NCBI GenBank assembly: GCA_051362555.1
Contig: JBPQGU010000016.1
Span: forward strand, 6,014,001-6,078,000
Source: Lingula anatina
Taxonomy: Eukaryota; Animalia; Brachiopoda
Direction: 5' to 3'
DNA length: 64,000 nt
The notes under the pieces were generated by a model that did not search any database, was not told the origin of the DNA, and saw nothing but the letters and a program-made list of their open reading frames with translations. The position numbers and the translations under genes were made by a program. This document shows, one piece after another, positions 25,405-38,210 of this stretch; within the stretch, counting starts at the first letter, position 1, and each line of letters starts with the position of its first letter.

Positions 25405-26015
25405 AGATAAGAGATAAGATAAGAGTTTATTCAGCCATTAATATATAAATATAAAAATTCATATAAAACAGAAATTGGACTGCTATTCTGGTTACAAATT
25501 CTAAATAAATTAGAAATTTCCATTTTTGTTGTTAAAATGAGACACAGCAGACGGGTAAAAACTCTTTAAAAACCTTTCAGATCCCTTAAAAGTTAAAAGC
25601 CTGCAGTTGCACGGTAAAAATTTTAAAAAGTCCATGTGCCGGGCAGGTATTTTCAGACATGATTTTCTCTGTTTTTGTTACTGATCTGTTAGTATAGATG
25701 GCACCTAGAGAGGGGAGTTCCAGACCGATGATTTTGCCGCACATTGATGTGACCATATCTAGACGCTTGCGTTCTTCTACAGTGGCCCGCCCACACCATA
25801 CTATGATTGCAAATGTTAATGTACTTTCTATAATGCATTTGTAAAAGTTTGCTAAAATCATTTCATTTGAAGTAAAATCCTTCAACTTTCTTAAAAAATA
25901 TACCCTTTGCCTCGCTTTTTTAACTGTTTGTCTATGTGGTCCTTCCATGTAAATGAGCTATTGAATTCTTCTCCCAGAAGTCTAAAATTGGTAACTTGCT
26001 TTACTGCAGTGCCAC
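25405..26015 (-). mobile_element. 5'-truncated LINE (Rex1/L2-group RT C-terminus, 3'UTR and (CTTAT)n tail)
   Basis: KKARQRVYFLRKLK...FYKCIIESTLTFAIIVWCG...RKRL is typical of Rex1/L2-type ORF2 ends. A short-repeat tail lies at 25405-25425, and the empty site is visible near 17600. Confidence 0.85.
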
Positions 26016-27074
26016 TGTCAAATCTTTTTGGATTTAGAATTGCATTGTACATGTAAGAGTGTTAGAATTCAGAAAAATAACAATCAAATTGAAAATATCT
26101 TCTGAAAACTTAGTTTTGCAATATTAATGTTTTGGTGGAATAATTGCACTGTCTGAATTTTTTTCTAAAAGTATATAATTGTACTAAATATTTAAATAAT
26201 ACATTAAACTCTTCCATGTGTACACACAAAATACTGGTAGTAAGAAAATGCAAAATGCATATCTACTTTTGTTTATTTTTATTTCATGTTCTTAAAATCC
26301 TTATCTATTTAAAGAAAATGCAAGAGAAAGCCATGTTATGGTGCTCAGACATTGCTTTAATTATATCATATTTATAATTAAAAATAACTAACCTTAAATT
26401 TTAATCACTTAGTAAATATTTGAAATTTATTTTAAATGAAACTTTTTTCACATAAATTGCCAATTGAAAATATCAAATATGATAAATAGATAAGAACATA
26501 ATGGTCCATTATATGCATGTTGGATTGAAAAAAGCTGTTAAGATAATCTCACATTTATTTCTAAAATTCACTATTCGCTGTTTAAAAGATAAAAGTTGAA
26601 TCGTTTTAATCACTGAATCGGTACATAATGGCAGCTGAGCAGAAATCAAAACCATATCTGCCTTGGTCAACTACAAGTATCTGCTCTGTACTAGTGTCAG
26701 CACTGCTCAACTTAAAACTGTAACTTAAAAACTAACCTATGTCAATATCCTGAATTTGTATCAGTGCCAGATTATATTTAAAAACTCACAGAAAAATTAA
26801 GTGGGTTAGACAAAATAAGTCAAACATGGGCTCCTGCACTAGCCTCTCAAATATGCCTTTTGTAAAGGTATGTTGCATATAGTGGATGACTCATCATGTG
26901 CTCCATGTACTAATTCTTTCTGTTAAGTAAACAGGACCTATTTTAACAATTGAAATCAGCTTGAAGAAGACTGTAGACCATATAGATTAGAAGCAAAAAC
27001 AAACAAAACAAACAAACAAAAAAATACTGTTTGACTGCATCTACTGTGCACTTATGGTCTTTTTAATTTCTTGA

Positions 27075-27285
27075 CTAAATTTTTAAAAGATCTTTAAAAG
27101 GTTTCTAAAGAGTTTTTTCCCATCTGCTGTTTCTTAGTTTATAAACATCAAAAAATTTTAGCAACATATATTGTAACTGTGAAACTTTATACAATTTACC
27201 TGAATAGCAATCCAATTTCTGTTATATGTGATTTTTTTTTATTTGTATATTAATGAATGAACAAACCCTGATCTTATCTTATATT
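27075..27285 (+). mobile_element. Older 3'-UTR fragment of the same LINE family, opposite orientation
   Basis: Diverged reverse complement of 25405-25590, ending TCTTATCTTAT; duplicated at about 29720-29930. Confidence 0.55.
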
Positions 27286-28053
27286 TTTAGTTGATGCACT
27301 CTGTATTTTTTCAGAGAAAACACCTACTAGGAAGAACACAGCGTGTGACCAATATGGTTTTCAGCAGTGGTTTGGCGACAAGATGGCAGTTACTAACATG
27401 GTTTACAGCTACTGTAATGGCTGGTGTCCTTGGATTGCTGTGCGTTATGGTAAGAGTCAAAGGAGATGGTATGAGTACAGATGAGGAGGCACCGTGTTTT
27501 CCTCGGGTGGCTGGTAGTGCCGATGTGGGGCGGGTGTACAGGCAGCCACTGCTTCTGCATAGTTGAGGGGTCTCTCCTTTGAGTTCATTGTAGCTGATGG
27601 GATAGACATTTCTTGGAGTCTTTTTTGGACTTGATCAATTTTCTTATACCTGTGCATGTACTAAACTATTCGTGTTGCACTGGGCCTCAATTAGATTTTT
27701 AAGCTTGTGCTGTGATTGTAGCAGCTTATCTTGTGAACCAGACAGTTAATCTTGTATTTTGTCCAGCTTTTCCAACTTAATTAGGGCATCATAAGCTTTG
27801 ATTTTGCTGAGATCCACAGCTTTCCATAGTTCAGTAACCTTAGTGAGAATGTCAGATTTCTCATTCTGCCATTTCACATGTCTTAGGCCGTTTGCTCAGT
27901 TTCTATGCGTAATTTGTGAATTTTATCCAGGATGGGTTTTCTTAAAACTATTGTTCCAACTTAAAATTTAAAAAAAAAAAAAAAAAAAGACTCCAACAGA
28001 CTGGACATTTACCTCTATTATAACAATACTAGTAACAACAAGACCTTGATTTG

Positions 28054-28664
28054 AGATAAGAGATAAGATAAGAGTTTATTCAGCCATTAATATATAAATA
28101 TAAAAATTCATATAAAACAGAAATTGGACTGCTATTCTGGTTACAAATTCTAAATAAATTAGAAATTTCCATTTTTGTTGTTAAAATGAGACACAGCAGA
28201 CGGGTAAAAACTCTTTAAAAACCTTTCAGATCCCTTAAAAGTTAAAAGCCTGCAGTTGCACGGTAAAAATTTTAAAAAGTCCATGTGCCGGGCGGGTATT
28301 TTCAGACATGATTTTCTCTGTTTTTGTTACTGATCTGTTAGTATAGATGGCACCTAGAGAGGGGAGTTCCAGACCGATGATTTTGCCGCACATTGATGTG
28401 ACCATATCTAGACGCTTGCGTTCTTCTACAGTGGCCCGCCCACACCATACTATGATTGCAAATATTAATGTACTTTCTATAATGCATTTGTAAAAGTTTG
28501 CTAAAATCATTTCATTTGAAGTAAAATCCTTCAACTTTCTTAAAAAATATACCCTTTGCCTCGCTTTTTTAACTGTTTGTCTATGTGGTCCTTCCATGTA
28601 AATGAGCTATTGAATTCTTCTCCCAGAAGTCTAAAATTGGTAACTTGCTTTACTGCAGTGCCAC
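28054..28664 (-). mobile_element. Duplicate of the truncated LINE
   Basis: Same junctions as 25405-26015; ORF 28235-28597 differs by two residues. Confidence 0.85.
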
Positions 28665-30269
28665 TGTCAAATCTTTTTGGATTTAGAATTGCATTGTACA
28701 TGTAAGAGTGTTAGAATTCAGAAAAATAACAATCAAATTGAAAATATCTTCTGAAAACTTAGTTTTGCAATATTAATGTTTTGGTGGAATAATTGCACTG
28801 TCTGAATTTTTTTCTAAAAGTATATAATTGTACTAAATATTTAAATAATACATTAAACTCTTCCATGTGTACACACAAAATACTGGTAGTAAGAAAATGC
28901 AAAATGCATATCTACTTTTGTTTATTTTTATTTCATGTTCTTAAAATCCTTATCTATTTAAAGAAAATGCAAGAGAAAGCCATGTAATGGTGCTCAGACA
29001 TTGCTTTAATTATATCATATTTATAATTAAAAATAACTAACCTTAAATTTTAATCACTTAGTAAATATTTGAAATTTATTTTAAATGAAACTTTTTTCAC
29101 ATAAATTGCCAATTGAAAATATCAAATATGATAAATAGACAAGAACACAATGGTCCATTATATGCATGTTGGATTGAAAAAAGCTGTTAAGATAATCTCA
29201 CATTTATTTCTAAAATTCACTATTCGCTGTTTAAAAGATAAAAGTTGAATCGTTTTAATCACTGAATCGGTACATAATGGCAGCTGAGCAGAAATCAAAA
29301 CCATATCTGCCTTGGTCAACTACAAGTATCTGCTCTGTACTAGTGTCAGCACTGCTCAACTTAAAACTGTAACGTAAAAACTAACCTATGTCAATATCCT
29401 GAATTTGTATCAGTGCCAGATTATATTTAAAAACTCACAGAAAAATTAAGTGGGTTAGACAAAATAAGTCAAACATGGGCTCCTGCACTAGCCTCTCAAA
29501 TATGCCTTTTGTAAAGGTATGTTGCATATAGTGGATGACTCATCATGTGCTCCATGTACTAATTCTTTCTGTTAAGTAAACAGGACCTATTTTAACAATT
29601 GAAATCAGCTTGAAGAAGACTGTAGACCATATAGATTAGAAGCAAAAACAAACAAAACAAAAAAAAAATACTGTTTGACTGCATCTACTGTGCACTTATG
29701 GTCTTTTTAATTTCTTGACTAAATTTTTAAAAGATCTTTAAAAGGTTTCTAAAGAGTTTTTTCCCATCTGCTGTTTCTTAGTTTATAAACATCAAAAAAT
29801 TTTAGCAACATATATTGTAACTGTGAAACTTTATACAATTTACCTGAATAGCAATCCAATTTCTGTTATATGTGATTTTTTTAAATTTGTATATTAATGA
29901 ATGAACAAACCCTGATCTTATCTTATATTTTTAGTTGATGCACTCTGTATTTTTTCAGAGAAAACACCTACTAGGAAGAACACAGCGTGTGACCAATATG
30001 GCTTTCAGCAGTGGTTTGGTGACAAGATGGCAGTTACTAACATGGTTAATAGCAATAACCTTGTTAGTTTGTTGTGATGCTACTGCTTTTCAAGATGTAA
30101 GTGATGTGGCACAAGTGTCAAATGTCTGTGCATGCGTGAAAATCTTGCTGTTGGAATTAAACAAAATAAAGAAATTGACTTGCCTGCCAGTATTTTCCAT
30201 CTGGTTGTTGCGATATAGTTTGCTGTCTGATGTCATTCGAGAGAGTATATTGTTGATCTTATACATGTA

Positions 30270-31444
30270 TACTCAAGGAAAAAGAAACACAACACTCAGT
30301 TTTAGGAGATTTTTTGGGGGCAGAATAATTTTAATTTTGAGATCCGCCAGTTTTATGTGAACCCTACATCCATTTCTAATCCTCAAACAAACTTTTTTGG
30401 CATTTACACATGTTTGAGTGCAATAAAACAATCAAAAAATAAAGCAACCCTCAAACCAAAAGTGGCAGGAATTGCATCATACTGTCCATAGTTGACGTAA
30501 CCCCTTGTTGGCATCTTGGACAGCGGTTATTCGTCTCCTCATGGATCGGCAGTAGTGTCTGACTTGATCCTGTGGCATTGCGGCCCATTCTTCCACCAGT
30601 GCCTTTCTCAGCTGCTGCTGAGTTTCAGAAGGATGTTCACGTCGTCTCCTGTACACCGGATCTTGGTCATCTGTTCTGAAGCAGTGTCACCTTTTCTTAT
30701 CACTGAAGGTGACTTGGCACCACCTCTGCAAAGTCCAAGGATGATGTGTAGTGCACCATTCAACCCGACCTCGGTGATGTTGGGGGGTAAGTGCTGATCC
30801 AACATATGGCTGATATTGTCGGATACCGTCAGCGTGGAAGCGATTACGAATGGTTTTGGCCGACTCTAACCTGTGGTGTGTCCCAGTGGTCTTGGCTGCA
30901 GACCTGGTGGCGGGCCGGAACCTGTCATGGAGATGTATCAGCCGGTTGGTGCGGTCTTGTTGCAGTGGTCGTTACACGGAGGCGACCAGTATGAGAGCAG
31001 TCGTTAGAGGAACCAGTGGCATGGTATCGCTGAGCAAGACGAGTAATGGTAGAGTGGTGGACTCCAAACATCCTGGCGACAGCAAGACAACCCCGTTCAG
31101 CTTGGAGCATGCCAATAGCTCAATCTCTCTCTGGTTGCGACAATCGTGGTGTCATGAAGAAGTGTGTTTATGGCTTCATTCTGATGCCCTTTTATAGTGA
31201 AGACTAGAACACAGTTAACGAGTGGTAAAACTCAACTCTGAGTTTCAGACATGAGTTTGTGTGCATAAAAAATCCCGAAATGCACTCTTTATTGTCCTCA
31301 CAATCAGTCAAGCGGTACCAATAAATCTGTTAATCTGTCTTCAGTCTAATGGAGAATGAAATCATGATGCTAAGCCATTTTACCAAATGCACCCATATTT
31401 TTCGGGAATTTCCAAAAATTAAATGTTTCTTTTTTCATAGAGTA
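30270..31444 (-). mobile_element. Internally deleted Tc1 transposon
   Basis: TIRs TACTCAAGGAAAAAGAAACA / TGTTTCTTTTTTCATAGAGTA with TA on both sides. N-terminal HTH GMLQA...VARMFGVHHSTITRLAQRYHATGS..TGR.RVTT (about 31155-30925) and C-terminal LRKALVEEWAAMPQ...SMRRRITAV.DA (about 30615-30500). Most of the DDE core is missing. Confidence 0.9.
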
Positions 31445-31509
31445 TACTAAAAGGTAATTCCAATAGTGGTTAGATACATCATAGTGGAAGGAAGCTGAGG
31501 TAGCGCTTT

Positions 31510-33321
31510 CTTTTTTATGTACAGACACAAATGTGTCTGTTCATATTGCCATCACCTACATCTGTCTTCGCCATTGTTGCTGTCGCCATCACCGTCGCCA
31601 TGCACTCTCAGCGTAAACACGATAAGTGGAAGACAGTTTTACAATTTTGCTTTATATTTACAGAGCTGATGAATATTTATAAAACGCAGGTCAAGTTTGA
31701 AAATCAGCATGATCAGGCCATTATTTTAGAAGTTATGCTGTTTTCTCACTTTTCATCATATATGCAACACTGTAAACACATTTCAAGGAAAACCAATAGG
31801 CTTATTGATATAAAACTCACAGGATTGATTAAAGGGATAATAACTCTTCGTTTTGGCCAAAAAATGAATTTTCCTGGATTAAACAACAATTTTCCCATAC
31901 TTACCAATAGTTTATGAATCCATTTTTACATTCAAAGTTAGTCCCCATATTTTTGCTAAAAAGTTTGGTTTTTTGTTATAATCTCTTAAGAGTCTTTACT
32001 GTGTTTACAGTCTCATTATTGAACTAATTAGATATGTATGCTGTTCTTTTGACAAATTTTTCATCTTTACAATATTGTTATAGTTGATTACATAAAAATG
32101 GTGTAAAACCTATATTAATCTATTGTGTAATTAAGTGTCAAAAAAGCAAATCATTGCAGTTTGTCAGATTTAATCATTTACTATGTTCAGAATCACAGAA
32201 TGGAGCAAACTGAACATTTAACATTGTTCTATTGATATTTTCTACATTTCAACAATTTATTTAGTTGATCATTAAAAAAGTACAGTAAATTAATTGTTTT
32301 ATGTAAAAAAAAAGTGTTAAAATGGAAATAAACCCATTTCAGTATAGCTCTGTCTTGTTTACATTTTGGTAATTTCAAGGTATGACTTTGAAGTTCCATA
32401 GTCCCGAAGACCTTTGCTAGTCACATTTTCTGAATATTCATGATACTTCTATTTTATCATTTAAAATTGATAGTCATTATGCTGTTAAGCATTATGTAAT
32501 ATTGCATCAAAATTGAAGAAAACTTTTTTCTAGGCACTGCCACCATAGTGCCTATTAAAGGAAAACCATGTCACTCACTCTTCTCAAATTTACAGGAAAG
32601 AAACATGGCCCTTAAATGCAGTTTCCTTTGGAAAAGCAGTCTGTTTAGTTTACATGTATTTTTCTGGAAGTTATAATTTTTTTTTATGAAAATTTGATTT
32701 TTATTTTGGTATATTGGCATTTTCATTATTTTGTGCATTGTTATTTTCTGCTTTTTGTCTGTACATTGCACAGCTTTGCTGCCTTTTTTTTTTTGGGGAT
32801 GTACAGGCACAGATGTGCCTGTACATATAGCTGTCACCTGCATCTGTCATCGCTGTCGTCGTTATTGTTGCAGTGCACTTTGATCACCGATAACACAATA
32901 AGTGGAAAACCGTTTTACTTTTTGGATTGAAACTTACAAACTGATGACTATTTATCATATGCAGGTCAAGTTCGAAAAATCAGTATTATTGGGCCATTAT
33001 TTAATAAGTTTTTTTTTTTGCTTTTTTCAGTATATATGCAACACTGATAACACATTTCAAGGAGTTAGGCCTGTTGTCATGAAACCTATAAGAGATACAG
33101 GTCGAGTTCAAAAATTAGCTTGATCAGACTAGTTTTACAAAAGTTATACTGTTTTTTTGTTTTTTTTTTGCTTTTTTCTGCATATATGCAACACTGATAA
33201 CACATTTTAAGGAAAACTGAGCAGCCTATTATCTTGCAACTCACAGAGCCATCAGTCTAACTAATAGGCAGATCAAGTTCGAAAATAAGCTTGATAAGTT
33301 AAGTTTTGATAAAGTTATGAC
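31510..33321 (+). mobile_element. Two head-to-tail family A HINE copies
   Basis: Heads at about 31510 and 32799; tail TGTCTGTACAT..CAGCTTTGCTGCC at about 32756-32785. Confidence 0.75.
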
Positions 33322-36300
33322 TTTTTATGTACAGACACAGATGTGTCTGTACATATAGCCATCACCTGCATCTGTTGTCGTGTTGCTGTCGTCGCCATGC
33401 ACTTTTACCGATAACACAATAAGTGGCAAACCGTTTTTTCTTTTGGCTTGAATCTTACAGAACTGATGAAAATTCATAATATGCAGGTCAAGTTCAAAAA
33501 TCAGCATTATCGGGCCATTTTTAGGGAAGTTATGCTGTTTTTTTCACTTTTTTCAGCATTTATGCAACAGCGATAACACGATATTTGAAAAACCGTTTCA
33601 CCTTTTGGCTTGAAACTTAAAGAACTGATAAATATTCATAATATGCAGTTCAAGTTCGAAAATCAGCATGATAGGAACATTTTTATGGAAGTTATGCTGT
33701 TTTTTCCCTTTTTTTCAGCAAATGTGCAACACCTATAACACATTTTAAGGAAAATCAATTGGCCAATTGTCTTGAAATTCACAGTAGTGATCAGTGTTAC
33801 TGAAATACAGATTAAGTTTTGAAAACAAGCTTGATCAGTTATGCCCTTTTTTGTATATAAGTGTTTTTTCCTCAAATTTAATTCAGGCATGTTAACAGTC
33901 TCATTTTTGAACTAATTAGATATGTTAAGTTGTTCTTTTGACATTTTCTGCATCTTAACAACCTTGTTAGTTGATTATATAAAAATGGAAAAAAAATCAT
34001 ATCTTTACAGTTTGACAGATTCAACCATTCACTATGTTCAGAATCTTTGGACATTTATAATTGTACCACCAGCGTTAGCGCTGGCGGTACACATGGTTTC
34101 GGTCCCGTCCGGATCGTTCCGCCGGTCTGCCGGCTCCGTTGGCTCCGCCGGCTCCGCCGGCTCCGCCGGACGGCTACCGTTACCGCTTCTCCTCCTAGGC
34201 GGTAAGGCCCCCCGTACCCATCTCTTGGATTTAGGTCACCTATAATCTCAACTCGTTCCACGTAAAATTTGGGCTTTGTCGGTATTGGGGTCTGGGTGTG
34301 GCACTCATTGAAATGCACCCTTGTCCAAAAATGGCAAAATTAAATGCTAATTATCTACCCTACGGAAGGGGTTATGGGAAAAATTTCTACAGATGGCTTT
34401 CCAAAAGTCATATGTGTAGATTTCAAATATGCCCTTGGATTTGACCTTTGACCTTTACTTCAAGGTCAAACAGGCCAAAATTTTCAAAAAAATTAAATTT
34501 TTTACGAAAAAAATTTTTTTTGCCCTGTTATTCAGACACCACACAGACTTAACCAATAATATTATTGGAAAGTGTTACCCTTCAGGTCATCCTTCATCTC
34601 CGTGAATTTGGGGTCAATCAGTGCATTTTCACCGGAGTAGCGGCCATAAGATGGCGAAACTGAAAACTGTCTCTAATTCGGGAACCGTTAATGCTAGAGA
34701 CCCATTCTTTTTTGCATTTTGTAGAGCATGTAAAGCCCAACACTGGGGGTGGTCTCCGTTTTTTTGTATTCCGTACGGTTTTCAAGTTATGCTGTATCAG
34801 AAAGTACATATTGGTGGTGAAAGCAAAATGTGCAGTACGGTAATGGATAATAAATTTTGAACTCTGGAAAAATAAAACATAAGGCTTGGCAAAGCAGACA
34901 ACTTGTGGTCAAAAATGACATTATTTCATCAAATTTGAACTTCTGGAACTTCAGAGCACCTCCCATTTCAAGAATTATGACCAAAATGACCTTTTCTTTA
35001 TTTGAATTAATTTTTGCTGTAGGAAATTTATGGCACATTAAGGTAATTCCAAAATTATAACATTTAGTCCCTTATATCTCCAAAACTGGCAGAGATAGGT
35101 CCATAGTTACTATTGAAGTTGAATAGGAAGTCATATACTGGCAATCTTACTGTGACCTTGAAATTGACCTTTGACCTACTTTTCACCATGAACTGAACTT
35201 TGCAAATTTTGCTTCCCTTTTATCTCCAAAACTGGCAGAGATAGGTCCATAGTTACTATTGAAGTTGAATAGGAAGTCATATACTGGCAATCTAAATGTG
35301 ACCTTGAAATTGACCTTTGACCTACTTTTCACCATGAATTGAACTTTGCAAATTTTGCTTCCCTTTTATCTCCAAAACTGGCAGAGATAGGTCCATAGTC
35401 TCTATTGAACTTGAATATGAAGTCATATACTGACAATCTAAATAAGACCTTGAAATTGACCTTTGACCTACTTTTCACCTTGAACTGAACTTTGCAAATT
35501 TTGCTTCCCTTTTATCTCCAAAACTGGCAGAGATAGGTCCATAATTACTATTGAACTTGAATAGGTCGTCATATACTGGCAATCTTACTGTGACCTTGAA
35601 ATTGACCTTTGACCTACTTTTCATCATGAACTGAACTTTGCAAATTTTGCTTCCCTTTTATCTCCAAAACTGGCAGAGATAGGTCCATAGTTTCTATTGA
35701 AGTTGAATAGGAAGTCATATACTGGCAATCTAAATGTGACCTTAAAATTGACCTTTGACCTACTTTTCACCATGAACTGAAGTTTGTAAATTTTGCTTCC
35801 TTTTTATCTCCAAATTTACGCTGTATCAAAAAGTACATATTGGTGGTGAAAGCAAAATGTGCAGTACGGTAATGGATAATTAATTTTGAACTCCAGAAAA
35901 ACAAAACATAAGGCTTGGCAAAGCAGGCAACTTGTGGTCAAAAATGACATTATTTCATCAAATTAGAACATTTGGAACTTCAGAGCACCTCCCATTTCAA
36001 GAATTTTGACCAAAATGACCTTTTCTTTATTTTAATTAATTTTTTCTGTAGGAAATTTATGGCACATTATGGTAACTGCAAAATTATAACATTTAGTCCC
36101 TTATATCTCCAAAACTGGCAGAGATAGGTCCATAGTTACTATTGAACTTGAATATGAAGTCATATACTGACAATCTAAATGTGACCTTGAAATTGACCTT
36201 TGACCTACTTTTCACCATGAACTGAACTTTGCAAATTTTGCTTCGCTTTTATCTCCAAAACTGGCAGAGATAGGTCCATAGTTACTATTGAACTTGAATA

Positions 36301-38210
36301 GGAAGTCATATACTGGCAATCTTACTGTGACCTTGAAATTGACCTTTGACCTACTTTTCACCATGAACTGAACTTTGCAAATTTTGCTTCCCTTTTATCT
36401 CCAAAACTGGCAGAGATAGGTCCATAGTTACTGTTGTATTGAATAGGAAGTCATACTGGCAATCTAAATGTGACCTTGAAATTGACCTTTGACCTACTTT
36501 TCACCATGAACTGAACTTTGCAAATTTTGCTTCCTTTTTATCTCCAAATTTACGCTGTATCAAAAAGTACATATTGGTGGTGAAAGAAAAATGTGCAGTA
36601 CGGTAATGGATAATTATTTTTGAACTCCAGAAAAATAAAACATAAGGCTTGGCAAAGCAGGCAACTTGTGGTCAAAAATGACATTATTTCATCAAATTAG
36701 AACATCTGGAACTTCAGAGCACCTCCCATTTCAAGAATTTTGACCAAAATGACCTTTTCTGTATTTTAATTAATTTTTTCTGTAGGAAATTTATGGCACA
36801 TTATGGTAACTGCAAAATTATAACATTTAGTCCCTTATATCTCCAAAACTGGCAGAGATAGGTCCATAGTTACTATTGAAGTTGAATAGAAAGTCATATA
36901 CTGACCATTTTTAATTATATTTTTTTGTATATTTTGAGAACTCCTGTTGATTGCATTTTATAGAGCTTGTCAAGCACAAGACTGGTGATGGTGTCCCTTT
37001 TTGGAGGGGGGGGGTCCATACGAATGCGCTTACTCCAGCTAGTGGTACAATATCCGGAGGCGGTATCGCCTCTCTGATCCTCTAGTTGTTATATTGATAT
37101 TTTTGCTTTGACAACATTAATTTTTTGATTGATCATATAAAAATGACAGTAAATTGATTATTTTGTTTTATGTAAAAAAGGTGTTGAAAATGGAAATAAA
37201 CTCTTTCAGTACAGTTTTCTCTTGTTTACATTTTGGGATTTTCAAAGTATGACCCTGAACTCTATTGGCTAGTCACATTTTCTGAATATCCATGATACTT
37301 TAATTTTATTATGAAAAAATTTATGGTTATTATGCTGACATTGTGTAATATTGCATCAAAATTGAACAAAACCCTATTCTGGGCACTGCCTCCGTAGTGG
37401 CGGTGAAAGGAAAACCATGTCACTTGCTCTTCTCACACTTACAGGAAAGAAACATAGGACTGAAATAAAGCTTCAGTTGAAGAATTGTCTCAGTTAATTG
37501 TTTGGAAGTAATACAGGTTTTTTGTGAATATTTTTATCTTTCACATGTTGCAATTTTCAATGTGGGACTTAGAGCTCCCTTGGGCATGAAGCCCAGTGGT
37601 GATCAAATTTTCTTAATGTCCATGTTTCTAATAGTAGATGTTTTAAAATTGGTGGTATTTATACAGTTAATCATTATGTAATGTTGCATCAAAATTGACA
37701 AAAAACCTACTTTGTGCTCTGCTACCAATAATATTATGTAAAAGTAAAGTGTTACTTTCTATTTTTTTAACTATTCTTACAAGAATGATTCTTAGGATTG
37801 ACATACAGCTAATATTAGAAAACCAGCTCTATTGGATTATCATTTTTATTAAATTTATGCTTTTTTTGTGAAATTTTCATTTTTCTCATTCTGGCACTTT
37901 CTAATTGTAAACTTGAACTCTTATGGGCCTGAAGCCTTATGCTTTTACTTTCATCAGTGTTAACTGTTGTGCATAATTAAAATTTGATGTTGACTGTGCA
38001 GTTAAACATAATGTATTATTGCATCAGAATTGGCAGTCTCCTGTTTTTGTGCATTATTGTTTTCTGCTTTTCTTAATGTGTGACTTATGGGCCTGTAGAC
38101 CTTTGATAGAGGAAGACAAATTTGTGTGGTCAGTCTGTAAATTCCCCTTGGGTATTCACTAGGCTAAGTTTAGTGCTATAAACTCATTTGCCTAATTAAG
38201 TGGCCATTAC
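33322..38210 (+). mobile_element. Family A HINE interrupted by family B
   Basis: Head at 33322; the host sequence resumes in register after 37085 (compare 46230-46270). Confidence 0.75.
34061..37085 (+). mobile_element. Family B HINE, full length, with higher-order internal duplications
   Basis: Same head and tail as 18358-21189. A ~280-bp spacer is repeated at about 34790, 35817 and 36550 between 146-bp units. Confidence 0.85.

Larger units (their letters stand above)
24709..30047. repeat. Near-identical tandem segmental duplication (~2.65 kb x2)
   Basis: 24709-27403 matches 27413-30047; the LINE ORFs at 25586 and 28235 are offset by 2649 bp. Confidence 0.95.

Noticed and set aside
27315-27403. 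Exon-like segment after ttttttcAG, duplicated at about 29959
   Set aside because: Weak donor, no recognisable protein, and it lies at the duplication junction.
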